Below, one piece after another: positions 34,401 to 48,115 of a stretch of 64,000 nucleotides of DNA. A program made the translations under genes and the position numbers. The stretch's first letter is position 1, and each line of letters starts with the position of its first letter. This DNA is from Marsupella aquatica (taxonomy: Eukaryota; Plantae; Marchantiophyta). The stretch is from positions 4,526,480 to 4,590,479 of the forward strand of contig OZ316898.1 in NCBI GenBank assembly GCA_973895155.1. Reading direction: 5' to 3'. The notes below the pieces were generated by a model. It was not told where the DNA came from. It ran no database searches and was given only the letters and a program-made list of their open reading frames with translations.

Positions 34401-37400
34401 AAGTGTATCATCTTCTGATCACTTCCTATGAGCTTGTACGGAAGCATATAGATGACTTCAACACAGCTAAACCTGAACTTCTCGTATGTGACGAAGCTCA
34501 TAGGCTGAAAAACTGGTAGGCCGTATATCAATACACGTCTTCTATCAACTAAAACGGGTCTATTGCGTGTCATGCCTAGCATTCTCATCCTGAACGCCTT
34601 TGCTTTGGCTAAAAAATTCCTCCATATTGGAAAACTTTTACCCTCTTTCCCGGTATCGATGCAATCACCAAACATCATTCAGCGATCTTCGTGTCTGTTC
34701 GTTGCAGTGCTGGAAATAAGACTATTGACTCTCTCCTGGGGCTACCGTGTTCGAAGAGACTCATTCTTGTGAGTAATCTTCCCTAATTTAGAAAGTCCTC
34801 AACTGTGTCGGTACCGATTGCTCCATGAATCAATCAACTAACGAATGTCTGCGGAACGAACTGATCACCTTTGGTTTGTGCCTCGTAGAGTGTCCTCAAG
34901 ATGGCCTTAATGTCCTGGAGATATTTGCTTTGACGTGAAAGTTGCAGTAAAAGTTTTAGAATTGAAAATAATCTTGAGACAGATTCTGTTTCTTCCTCTG
35001 CTAGACAGGAACGCCGATTCAAAATGATCTTTTGGAATTTTATGCTATGATTGACTTTGTCAATCCAAACCTTTTGGGTAGTCTTTCGACGTTTAAGAGA
35101 CTATATGCCCATCCGATTGAGAAGAGTCGAGATCGAGATGCAAGGTGAGGTTTTGATTTAAAAGTTTTGGACTTTTCGTGTTAGATTAATATTTCATGGT
35201 AGTAGATACTCAAGGTTAGGCAGAGTTTTGCAATGCTTCCAGCCGCATTATCTCATGGTGCATACTGATACCCCTCGTCGTCACTACAGCGAGAAAGAAA
35301 AGGTCTTGGGACGGGAAAGATCAGCCGAACTGCAATCTATGACACGCTTTTGCATATTGCAAAGGGCTGCCAATGTCAATGCCAAGTATCTTCCAGCCAA
35401 AACTGAGTAATCGTCCTATAACTGTGGTCTTCTTGCCTGCCACCGATACCTTGAGTATAGAGTTCTGTGACTCGATTATCCGTGTTCTTTAATTGAATGA
35501 ATACTCACCAATGCGTCAATCTATATGGCATATTCCAGTAGTAGAATATCTACGAAGGAGAATGGCAAGTAGAATATACATGATTAGGCCTTTTTTTCAT
35601 GCTTCTCAGCATGACACTGCCACTCGTACTTGCATCGGCATAAGTCTCTCAAGTTATCTTGTTGTCCCACAGATATGTGGTGTTCTGTATGCTTCAAAGA
35701 TCTCAAGTTTCTCTCTACCAAAACTTTCTCAAATCCAAGGTTCGAGTCTGTCATGTTTCCCCAGCATTTATTTCGGGCGCTCACTTTTTGAAATTTGGCC
35801 CTTCTGATGAGTCGTGCAGAGTTTCTGTCAGCTGCATATTACTCACTTGAATTGTTTGGTTTATGCAGCTTGTGAGAGACTCTTTAGCATCAGGCCAATC
35901 TGCCTTCGTCTTGTCTGCCATTGGGACTCTCAGGAAGCTTTGCAATCATCCAATGCTTGTAGAGCATGAGCTCAGCAAGGGAAATGTAAATATAACTGGG
36001 GTTTCATCTAGAAACGGAGATGGTCTGAAGCCATTTTCAGGGCAAGCAAACCAAAGGTATAACTGTTTTTTTTGTAAACCTTTCTATTGCTATTGCCAGG
36101 GTTTTGTCATCACGTCGCAGGTATGAGTTTTGAGTATAGATAGCATATAAATTACTCCAAAGTTTCTATTGAAGCATATTGAGTTTATAAGCTCTGGTTG
36201 GGTACTGCGGCCAGGACAGGACGTCAGCAGACTGGAGGTTGTCAGGAAAGCTCTCCTGCCTTCAACGACTTCTATTAGCAATCCATAGTAATACAACCTC
36301 AGGCGTCAAAGACAAGATGGTGGTTGTCTCCAACTTCACCCAGACTCTCGACATCATTCAGGTCTCGGTTCAACTCAAACACGTCAAGTTCAAAAGAATT
36401 ATTCCTCTCAAAGAGGAAAAATGCTTAGTGTTCATGCGTAATGTACAAAATCTATTCATGACATCTCAAAGACTTCGTCCTATTTTTGTTTTAATTCGTT
36501 CTTACCATTTCCTCGAATAAGCGGAAGAGGAACAACAGCCATGCTTCCTAACATGCACCTCATTTTACCTTCTATGTACACTAAACAGTGATACAGTGAG
36601 ACATGAGTAATCCTCTGATAAACTACTTGCTTAGATAATGTGCGAGGGACACGGATGGCGCTGGCTTCGTTTGGATGGGGCGACCAATGTTTCAGAGAGA
36701 CAAGGTCGGGTGGATCGTTTTAATTCAAATGACAGCGATTTCAGTGTGTTTCTACTCTCCTCAAAAGCTGGTGGATCTGGCCTTAACCTTGTTGGAGCGA
36801 ACAGGTGAGAGATGATGACGGCTAAAACGTGTGGTCATACTGGTGCCCTTACGAGAGTGGAGCTGCTTACGCGTTACACTTTCTTCAGTTTCAAGCTCAA
36901 GCTACAGAGATTTCCATTGCATTCTTACTTGTCTGCGGTCCTTATAACAGTTGCCTTGAGATCATCTTCGCTCAAATTTGGACTCCGGTGTGTAGACTTG
37001 AATAAATCAAATTCTTTTTAAAAGTTCAAGCCTCGTTTCGCAGTCTTTTTCATCAGATGTAGTTGGCTGGTTTTGTAGGCTGGTATTATTTGACCCGGAC
37101 TGGAATCCAGCTACTGATGCCCAGGTAATTTGGGGACCCATCTGCATGAAGCAGACATCACTAGCCGTTTCATCAAGTGAACCATAGCTTTCATATTTTT
37201 GTAATCCTCACAATATTTTTGCATGCATTTGAATGATAGCCTCAAAGTAAACTATCTTATTGTTTCCTATCCACAGGCAATGGCAAGGGTGTGGCGGGAT
37301 GGACAGAAAAAATCGGTCTTCATATACAGACTACTCACAACAGCCAGGTAGTTTGGCCAACGCAAATTTTTTTCTGGTCCAAGTCGCCAGGAGTAAGAGC

Positions 37401-39311
37401 CCATCAGGAAATTTGGCCACCTGAACTTAGTCATATGTTGCTGACAGTTCTCACTTCCGCTTATCATGCTATTGAGCAATTTAATGTATACCTTCTTCTA
37501 TCGATCGTCTCAAGTGTCGTCCCTGCCTTGTATTTTGGTCGGTGCAATATAGCATCGAGGAGAAGATATATCAACGCCAGATTATGAAAGGAGAAGTTGC
37601 AGCAGCTTTGGAGGAGCGTGTTGAAGGACACTTTTTGGATGGTGACGGAGGCGGACGACGTCATTTCAGCCGAGAGGAGCTTCGTGAATTATTCAATTTG
37701 AATCTGGTGTGTTCTCAGCCTCAATTATCATAATAGTTCGTAGGGTCTAGTCGAGAAGACGCATACCTTTAAGTTTTTAAAGCATACTTCTCTGTTCTAG
37801 TAAATGGATTACTTGGGGAAATTCTCTTGGAGGGCACTGTCAAGTTGTTCGTGGGTGTGCCTTCCATGCGGTCATTGTACGATACCCGCCATTGTGAGGT
37901 GGTGACCAGGTGGGCCTTGAAGTGTTTTTGAGGAGGTGATTTGAGTTCACTCGAGTCCGAAATATCTGTTCAAGTGGTTTTGAGGAAGTAATTTGAGCTC
38001 ACTCGAGTCCCATATATCTGTTCTAATCTGAGTTTATACGCCACTAATCTTTCACCTGTCTTGAATGGTCGATAGGAGACCAGCTGCGACACGTATGACT
38101 TGCTGTCATCCACTGAATCATCAAGTTCCGAGAGCTGGAGGGATTATTCGAACGATGTTGAGGATCACGCCTTGAAAGAGGCAATCCGCACTGGAGTGGT
38201 GACATTTGTGCACCAGAAAACCTATGTAAAAGAAATTTGTTCGTCTTTGGACAACGTTCATAAAATAGAGGATACCAAACTTGAGGATCAGTCAGGAATA
38301 GTAGACACCAATCAGCCACAACTCTCGTCTTTTGTTTCTGACGGACTTGTCGATGAGATTGACGACCGACCCCTGGACTGCGAGCGACAAAGTACCGACA
38401 CACAGATAGACATTGAATGCAAGCCCATCACACGCCTCGACTGTGAGCGTCAGACAACAAGAAGTACGAGCACAACCTTGTCGAAGAAAGAAGGTGTTGG
38501 AGAGGATCGGGATGCCGAGAGTGATCTATATTCAGTTGCTCCTCATGTCTTTCTCGACGAGGTCGGTGACCCGAAGTCGGAATACGAAGAACAGATCTCG
38601 AGCCCAATACACAGGGAACGCAATGATATAGTCGATCCTAAAGATGAGTACCTACCAAGAAATTGTTTGATCAGTATCTCTTCTAATACAGAAAATGCAG
38701 CCGAGAAAAATTGGGATTACAACAAGTGTGAAGCTGCAATTTCTGGAAGCATCCTCGGTGCGGTGCTCGATGATAGTGGAGATGAAAGTCTGGCCGCGAA
38801 AACTTTAAGCATCGTATCTGAGAGAGAGAACAAATGTGGACCAAGTGTGAGTGTCAGGAAGCAGTATGTCCAGAATGACGACGTCCATGAGGTTCTGGAA
38901 GAATGCGAAGAACAGGCGACCAGCGATCATCCATGCCAACAGCAGAAGAGTATCATTATCGAAGAAGATCGCCAGGCACCTAAAAATCCGACCAGGAGAA
39001 ACATTGAGGATAAGAGCAATGGCAGTCCCGATACAAACTCAGAAGACATATCTTCCGCGGCTTTCTGCATTGCAGAGGAGTTTGACTGCCTGCTGGAAAG
39101 CAACAGCCAAAAGATAATGAAAATGATGCTGAACTTGTCAGTTCCAAATGACGACTTCGATGAAGATGAGCTGGAGGATCTAGATGCACCCTTTCTCTGC
39201 AGCCTAGACGTGGAAATAGAAATGAAAAGAGCAAGCTTTGTGCCCGAAGACCTGTGGCAGGGATTCAAGGTTCAATCATACCCTCCCTTTGGAACCATTA
39301 ACGTGTGTTGA
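31459..39311 (+). CDS. RAD54B: RAD54B/Rdh54-like SNF2-family DNA translocase, multi-exon
   Basis: Spliced motifs [14 protein letters not shown]|[115 protein letters not shown]-terminal YYCVMY..K...KHK.W.DGVL domain as in RAD54B. Exon 1 31459-32457, exon 2 32576-32739; some internal junctions approximate. Confidence 0.85.
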
Positions 39312-41994
39312 ATCTGGACTACTTTCCCAGTGCTGCATGTTATGTTCGGCTGAATCGAGTAGACCAAGGGTTCCAAAGCTGACGGAATTATGGATTGTTC
39401 TTGCTTCTGAAGCTTTTCGCGATTGGATTTCTCTTGGAAGAAAAAGAGGAGAGGGAGGCTTACCGAAACTCCAAGCTGGGTATGTGGGGTCAAGCATGTT
39501 CTTGATTGTTGTGCATCCTCAGTCTAGTTTTTGCAACCTGTAACTGGCACTGTGATGAATTGCGGTCATGTAGGTGTATTGCTTTTGGTTTGAATGATTG
39601 CAGGCCAAATTTTGGATAAATGTAATCGGGACAAGATCACAGACGATGAGAGGTACGGGACAAATACCGTCCTACTCACAACCCACTTACACACCAAATA
39701 ATGCATTAGTTTAGGAACACCAAGATACTGATGATCAACTGCCTATTCGACACAAAATTTGAAATAAGAATTGTTTATCTGAGCGTTTTGCTCTGGATCT
39801 CTCATACTGTTTTTCCACAAAAAAGATGATCCGCCAGCTCTTCTCAGGCTTCGTAATCCTTCCGCGCAGTATATTTTGCAAGGCATTTCCAATGATACGA
39901 GCAGCGGTCAGCAAGAGCTACGGGCATCGAGCTTCTGATGTTTTTCATCTATTTAGCACGTTTGAGCGACAAGAACACCTTAAGACGACCTTCAGCGGAA
40001 GGTAACTTCTTGACTTTGAAAGACCTCTGATAACTGTGTTTCAATTGAAGTGAAACTCTATTCTGCGTGTAGTCATATAGCTATTCCAGCTGCCGGAAAG
40101 GGGACCAGAGATTCCAATTGAACGATGGGAGAATCGAGATGACGCTCTGTAATCCTTCGTTTCACCTTGGTATCATATGTTTCATAATTCTTGAGGCCAC
40201 AAGTTTGCTCATCTTGGTGATGGCCCATTTAATGACCACGAAACCTACGGTCGATGAACGCTCATGCATCAAAATTGGAATTCGACATTCCTTTACTACG
40301 GGTGGTTACGTTTTTTTTTCCTATCAAGAGCATTCTCATGTTCCTTCGCATCATTTGGTGGATGGACCAGGTTTACGCTGGTTCTCATGAGGCATTTCGA
40401 TGGAATGCAAACGAGCAGGGATGAGCAAGCTTGACAATTTGAGGCACCTTTCGCCCCCCATTTGCTTCCTGCAGAGGGAAAGCATGCGGAATACGAACTG
40501 ACCCACAAGTAAGACTGGTGTTCAATTCAAAGCTGCCCCTCTTCACGGGAAGCCAACAACTTTACTCGCCGTTGTGTTTCTACTGGGATACCGGGAATTG
40601 CGAGTTTTTGAGCAAGTCCATGTCGAGATCCAGAAACATAGAGCCCATGGGGGAAATTTTGGTGGGAGCAGGAAAGCAGCCGCCCTCTCAGTTCCAGATG
40701 AGTTACCAACAACGCAGGCGAGGAGGAAGCTATCTGAGCAGCACTTTCAGATCGCTGTAGTACATTCTTCGTCTTGGCAGGTGTCTACCCCGTTAATTCG
40801 TGCATGCCCTTGTGCAGCAGAGATTGCCAGAAATTAAACCTCCTCCCAAATTTAGACATTGGCGCTGCAGAGCAGCGATTATCATTAGATTCTTCTAGTA
40901 CTGCTGCCTTGGACAGAGTTGGCAAATTAAGGGTTGCGAGTTTACGAAGCTAAATCAACGAATTTCAAAGCTTTCCTTCCCTTTTCATCCACAGGTAATT
41001 TGTAACATTGGAATATACTGTACGGCTCCAAGCCATCTTGACCTCACAAATGTGAAGCAAGTGAATACGATATGTAGGGTACGAAATATTATGGGATTGG
41101 ACAATTTGAGGATTGTGGGTAACTACTCGCTTACAGCACTCAGATAAATCTTACCCTAAATTTTGCAATTCGAGATAAGTGAGACGATCCAATAATCACT
41201 TCAAAATCCGAGATAGTACTCTGTAATTTACTTCAGACATTCATCTCTGGGCATTCTTCATGATTCATCTACATGTCTGAAACATCTTTCCTAACAAACA
41301 TCCAATCTTCATGGCATCCGAAGCTTTTGCACTATTTCAAGCCCAATGTCTTCGGATTCTCATCAAGTCGACATTTCATCATTGTGTCGACGAGCATCGT
41401 TCTTCAGGTATTAGAGTTCAAAAACATGTTTTAAAAAGTGTTCATGTTACATGTAGTTTTGACTACTGAAGGTATAAAATTGAGGCGACTTTACACTAAG
41501 AAATACAACATGTCGAAGCCTCATGCAGATTTCCCTTTCTTCATGAACTTCGCATGCGATTCAGGGAAAGAGAACTCTATGGATATCATAAATCCATCTG
41601 AACCTGATCTAGCAAAGGAAACTGTTTCCATCCATTGAGTTCATGCTCATAGGTACTTGAACCACCACTAGCAATGACAACCTGGATACACCATATATAG
41701 TACACTCTTCCTCAAATTGTGGAGCAAAGTGCCACCATAGAAGAGAGGAATGAGTGGAATGTGAAAAAGGAAGAAATCTTGGACCCTCCCCCTTATATAT
41801 GGCCAGTGGCGGTTTAAACCAGTACCTCAAAACGACACTATTCTACTTATGATAAGAAGGTTTGCTCGCAGAGCTGGAGATGAATACCGCGCTGTCTACT
41901 TGTTGCATATGACGGCAGAGGTATCCTTGAGCGTCCTCCATCTGCCGTTACTGCTGTCAGTTTCGAGAATTTGTGATCATTCAGTTTCCGGTAC

Positions 41995-43467
41995 CTATTG
42001 GTCATCATGTCCATCATTTGCCACCAACTGGCCCAAGAGACTTTTCGCTGGAAGATCAGGAGATTGCAACGGCAAGGCTGGGTCTGAAGTAAGGGAGTGA
42101 ATTATAGTTCGAGGAGTGAATTTCACAACTTCCTTGAACATGTCTTGCTCGACGTGTATTCTACTTGCCTCCACCTCCATCTCGAGCTTCTTGCACATGC
42201 TCTCTCCATGGTCACGCAAACGCTTGAGCTGCTCAAGGAATCCTTCATAGGCTTCCACCTATATCCATTTACACCAGAATTAGTTAAGCAGCTCAAATGA
42301 GGCTTCAAAGATTTTGTTCGACGATGACAAACTGAACGCTTGGCATGGACATTCCTATGGAAGAAATAGAGACTCATACCTGCAACTGTAAAATTTGAAG
42401 ATCGTCATTTGCGGTGTCACCGTCCATACTGTGGACAGTGAATTGCTCTGGACTAGGTGGAGACTGGAAAATTGGAGCACAGGCCAGAGAATCTTCCTGC
42501 CTTTTCAATATAATTTCCCAATCAACTATTTCTGCAGCATATCTGCAAATGTGAGCTCTGAGAGATCAGTTGTCTGCTTCAGCCCCTACGAAAATTTAGA
42601 TAGCCAAAGCTTCTTGACTTTAGAGGCATTCAGATCTTCATTTCTAAAAATGTTAGCTTGCAGAGTAGTTTTCGTCTCTCGACATGATGACTGGTTCATG
42701 TTCCTCGAGTTAGGTGATCTCCGAAGCCAGCAGATTTGCGCAAGACAAGAAGGGATCCTGCTACTCCACTGGCGTGTTTCTAAACCTCCCATGTTCATTC
42801 AATAGCTTGTTTAACTCCAAGGTATAGTTTCATAATGAAGCCGGATTTCTTCTCAACTTTATCGGATCTCTGGTTTCAATAGAAAACATGAAATTGTTTA
42901 GGAAGAAATCCTTTATCGCAATAATAATTAACATCTTCTCCTCTTTGCTTAAAATGTCTCGCACACCTGAGACTTCTACTTAATTCTTGGTTTGATGTAT
43001 CGAAGGTCGAGGACAAAATTGAAGGAATGAAGGTCACCCGATACGTACACTTCTTTTTGAGCCAGAAGCATTGCCATCTTCTTCCGTCGTGTCAGCGCTT
43101 CTTTAATTCTCAGCTGTGCTTTTTCTGAGAGGACCGGCTCCTGACTTTTGATAATAGTAGCAGGGGAGGGAAGGACGGCGTTTCTTTTTCGACGTTTGTA
43201 AACGAATCCATCATCGTCCACAACTTCCCACTCTGCTGAACCACACACAAGATGTCAGAATGCTGGCTCGTTTTTTTTTGAATCGACAGAGCAGTAAAAC
43301 CTGATAACACTTCGAACTCCAATACGAGCGTTCGGAGCCCTAAAACTTTCGCTGTGATTTACTGCAATCTTACTATTCTTCGTTGTATCTAGGTAACGCG
43401 ATTGGTTCCATCTTTGCAAGCGATCTCCGCCCAGACCCACATTCCCCAACCACTGCTCCTCATTCAT
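41995..43467 (-). CDS. Small plant coiled-coil protein with WEVVDDDGFVYKRRKR motif (possible Dsn1-N-type kinetochore protein), 4 exons
   Basis: In-phase GT-AG exons 43374-43467, 43049-43235, 42380-42542, 41995-42258 give ...KEVYAAEIVDWE...LQLQVEAYEGFLEQL...TPRTIIHSL. First exon less certain. Confidence 0.7.
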
Positions 43468-45725
43468 CTAGGCAAAGAATAAATAAACTCACTCACCATC
43501 TTTGTCCATCCCGCTCAAACCCTACTCCGCTGCGCTTCACTCCACTGCATTCGCTCCGCGATCAACTGCACCGATAAACTCGTACACATCATCAGCGGTA
43601 ATCGCTTACAACATCGTCTCCTCTCGTCCGAGCTAATCGGCACCTCCACAAATCTATAATTATGTGCCGTGCTTTCCTTTCGGAGGGCTCGAGAACCCGC
43701 CTTCTATATAATTGAGCACTCTGCGATGATGTACGATGGTGGGCAGCTAAAACTCGGTCGCTTACGGTACTTCGCATGTCCTCCGATCCACATTTCTCCG
43801 CATTTCTGCCTCACCACCTCTCTCCAAGCCTTCGAACGGCATTGCAAATTAGGAGCATCTCCATCGATAACTTCTTCACATTACAGTGAAGACTGAAGGT
43901 CCGAAAACATCGGGATAGGAAGAGAACTGGGGAAGCTCGGGAATTGCTGGATGGGTCGCAGAGAAGGGGAGAGAAGCTTGACCGGTGAGGAATGGAATTC
44001 GTGTTGTGGGTACGAGATTGAACTCGGAGCTGCTGCCTGAGGAAGTTGAGGAGAGGATTCGTGAGTGACGAAATTGAGAGGATTCGTGAGTGTCAGTCAT
44101 TCAGTTTGAAAAAAGCGGGAAAGCAAACAAGGCGGGAAAATAGGGGTAAATTAACTTACTTGAACTATTGCTTGGATGGACCAAAATGTTTGACTGTTAG
44201 ACTTGGATAGGCCTAGCATCTTTTGAAACCCAGACATGTGATTGTCTACACTAGACTAGACTACCCCTTCTTTGATAGTGAACAGCGGAAAAATGTCAAA
44301 CAAAATATATTTCTTATTCACATTTTTCCAATGTTTATGAAATGATGAATTATCATGCATGTCATCATTTTAATAATTATACAGAATATACCATACTTTT
44401 TTCTATGCACATTTCTTGTTCTATGCACATATGTTATGGTGGGGCCATAAAACTTATTTTTTAATATAAATAAAAATCATGACAAAAAGTATCCATGATT
44501 ATCATTTGACATACATCATAGTCATGAGTTTTCGCATCCACATGAGCCATGAAGTTATGGTCTAGAGGTTTCACTTTAGAAACCTAGGCTCCAACTCTAG
44601 CTTGTAATTGACACTTTATAATTAAAATGATGAGTCTCTTACAAAATTCTTGGCACATGGTTTAGTCATATGAAAGTTTTCTGCCACAAACAACATGACC
44701 ATTTGTGTTTGTAGAATCTTCTACCACAAACAACCATGACAGTTTGTGTTTGTAGCAATCCGAGGGAAACCAGTTAAAGTTGGATAGGGCCAAAACTTAA
44801 AAAATTTGGGAATTAACATATCAAATAACAAAGAGTGAAGATCAAAAAGTAATTGTTTGTAGCCATTTTATTTATTTTTAAAATTATAATGAAATATCTC
44901 TATAAATTTAATTGATTTAGTAAACAATCAACAACAACTATCTTTAGCGTTTGATCTGATTGATTGATGCATACAATCATTTGCTAACAAATTGGACAGT
45001 GAATGACAATGCACAACAGTCACAAGAAAAGTTGCTACACAACAGTCACAAGAAAGATGCACGTTGTAAATTGACAAATGAGATCAAATGATGATGATTA
45101 ATGATGGTGGTATACATGTACACTTTAGACCCACAATATTTTAAGTGAGTTGGTTGCTATTTTGGGGGTCATATGTCATTTCTATGCTACTTGGGTATGT
45201 TAGCATCCTGAGATGTATCGAAAGAGTTTTAGGCATAATTTTGTTGCCTCAAGCCTATTGGGGTTGATATTTTTTGTGTTGCTACCTAGCTTTTGGGACC
45301 CACTGACTAAACAAATTTGGAAAAAAATAAATTTCCTCAAACTTTCTAATAACCCTCACCAAACCAAATAGATAAGGGAGATTTAAGAGAATGAAACAAA
45401 AAGAAAAATGCAAGATAGGATTGGGGTCAAAAGAAAGAAAACAGGTGGATTGAAGGTGTGATGTTGATGGCAGGTTTGCTCCCTCTTTGCAATTCAGGAT
45501 GATGATTGAGGGTGATGGACTACACATCATGCCAATCTTGGTTCCGAAAGCCAATTTTCCCAGTGCTACACAAATTGAGTTGATTTTCCTTTTATTTTGT
45601 TAATTGCTGCTTTCATTTTGGATTGAAATAGAAATCTTTTCACCCCCATTTGTTCTTACATGGGTCCAAATATTGGGTTTTTGTTATTTCTCTTACATAA
45701 TTATTAGATTCGAGCAACATACTAC

Positions 45726-46930
45726 ATGAATTTTGGCACGCTTCCACGATGTTCTTACATTTGGTTCTCTAAGATTTCTTTGGCACATCCTGAGTATGTA
45801 TTGTTCTCACCACAGCAAAATGAGTTGTGTGTAGGGTATGGAAAATTGCGCCCTGAGCAGATTACATTCCATTGCAAAGAAGTACCAACAGGGTATTCTG
45901 TAGTGTTGTTGACAAAGCTTGTGAAGCCAAAGACCCCTTTACCAGTTCCTAATTTGAATGATGACCCGCCCCAGACAATTATTGCAAATGCTCTGAACTC
46001 TTTGGTGTTTTTGGTGTTGTGGCCAACAGATTACATAGGGACACCTGAAATGTGTGGTTTGTAGTTTTAGCCTAAACTTACAAACAACTGCATGATTGGT
46101 GCCAAATGGTACTGAGATATTTCATAATGCAGAGTTGAATTGAGATTCACTGGATCATCCACTGATCATGTTGTGACAACTTTGTTTGTATGAAATTATG
46201 CATGTGTGTTCAATAGTTAATATGAGTTCTAAAATTCGAATAGAACTATGTTGTCTCTCATGTTTTCATGTAAGACGTGTGTACTTGTATGCTTGAGTGC
46301 TTGAATGTATGCTTGTATGCTTGAGTTGACTATTAGTCATGGTTCTAGTGCTATGTGTAGGCTGCAATTGCCTCAGGTCGAGTCAAAATTTTGACCAAAA
46401 GGGTCAAAGAATGCAGTCGTGAACTAGACTAATGAGTCATTTTGGGTCATTAAGATATGACCGTCATATATTACATCGTGGTCCCCAATAAGACCAACCA
46501 GTCTAGCCCAATCTTAAGATTTTGAAGAATGATTAGTCATCTGTAGTCATCTGCCCATATACTCTAAACTTTTAAGACCAACTAGTCATAATCAGTCGCC
46601 TATGTTCCGATATTGAACCATAGCACCAGTCATATATGCGAAAGGCTACTCTTCCTCACTGACTGTTTGTGACTAATTCATACCTTGTTTTGAGTCATAC
46701 AAATGACTACACCTTCTCCAAATCCCAAAATGCCCAAGTACGGATTTGGTCATTATTAGTCACAAAATGTGTCTTAAACCCTAGTCACATAGCTGATCAC
46801 TCGATTTCAGTCACTTTAAATAAGACGCTATGTCAAATTATGACTGGCTTGATACCCCCCAAACTTTAGTCACAAGGAGTCATGGGCAGTTGTAAAACTT
46901 AGTCATAAAACACCCCGGTTTCTACTAGTG
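45726..46930 (+). mobile_element. CACTA (En/Spm) element relic: accessory-ORF fragment and right terminus
   Basis: Ends ...CCCCGGTTTCTACTAGTG (CACTA TIR) at 46930 after many TAGTCA/TGACTA subterminal repeats; FHCKEVPTGYSVV...PLPVP...LVLWP resembles the CACTA TNP1/Transposase_23-type domain. Left TIR not found. Confidence 0.65.
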
Positions 46931-48115
46931 TTGCCTGAGCCAGGGGCTTCTACGATCTACCAAAACAGAACATTTTGGAGATTACTCGAGCATTTGGCAG
47001 ATTAGGGATGATTCACGAAGATGAGTGATTCTTGGTCTAGTGGAAGGAATAATTGGACAATCACTGAAGCGAGAATCAGGCAGCTGAGGGGTCCTACCAC
47101 AGGAGACTTGAATCTATGCCTATCTTTCAATCATGCTTTACAGGATCTGGTGATCACAGGTGAGGGATCTGAATCCTTTGCCGGTATGTGGAGATGGTTT
47201 GATTTGGATGTGAAAATTCTGCATTTTTGAGCTTCCTACCTACAGGCTATACGAGATGCTCTGACCAAAGGGGTCTGACTTTGAGAGACAGAACCAGATC
47301 TGGGGAAAGAGTTACACGGTTGTTGATTGGGAGGTGGTATGGAAAACGGTTTGGACCTCTGATCTCTCTACTTGGGCCAGGGTGTTCCTTTGGAGGATTC
47401 TTGCTCAGGGGCTCTTCTCTGGATCCAAGGCAAGGACGATTGGGAAGTCTACTTGTGCTTGTCCTCTCTGCCCTGAGACGCTTGAAACCATTCCACATAT
47501 ATTAATTTTCTTTCTGTAGACATGCCAAGTCCTGTTGGGCTGTGATTCATGGATGGCTAGCTGACTAACTTTGCTATCCTGTGATGGACTGGGTGGAGCT
47601 GCTACTATCATCGGCTGGGAAGACCACCATTCACACACTAAGGTTTTTTTTTGTTTTGTATCAAGTTCTTTGGAGCACTGGCTTGCTCGCAATGGCCAAA
47701 CATTCAATATCTCAAAGAAGCGTGTCTTCTTCACTTCTGAGATCCTTGACCATCTCTTGGTTGTGGTCGCTGTCGCGGGTTCATCACAAGAGATCGTGAG
47801 ACTTACCCTGATGCCAAGACCCTTTTAGAACCTGAGCGCATCCGCATTCTTAGAAGTGGAGTCATCAGTTTCAAATCTTTTTGAGGTAGATTTTATAGGA
47901 AACTGACAATTTTGACTAGGATCTTTTAGAGACTTGAAAAGTGGAAGGTAGCTGTCTTCTCTGGGACTCTTGGTGCCCAGTGAGGACCCTCTTTTTCTTT
48001 TGCTATAATGCCACTTGTGGCTTCTTTTGCCTATTTGGCCTGCTGGGTCCCCCCATCCGTGGGGTTCATGCGGAATAAACAAAGAGTTAGATATAATAAT
48101 AATAATAAATAAATA
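46931..48115 (+). mobile_element. Degenerate L1-type LINE 3' fragment (zf-RVT) with A-rich tail
   Basis: WKTVWTSDLSTWARVFLWRILAQGL...CPLCPETLETIPHI zf-RVT motif with stops and frameshifts; (ATA)n/AAAT tail at 48091-48115. Confidence 0.75.

Noticed and set aside
39600-41000. Possible extra spliced gene or lncRNA between convergent genes
   Set aside because: Splice-like sites exist, but no coherent coding chain; needs RNA data.
44249-44260. CACTAG as the left CACTA TIR
   Set aside because: It does not match the right TIR beyond 6 bp, and there is no matching 3-bp TSD.
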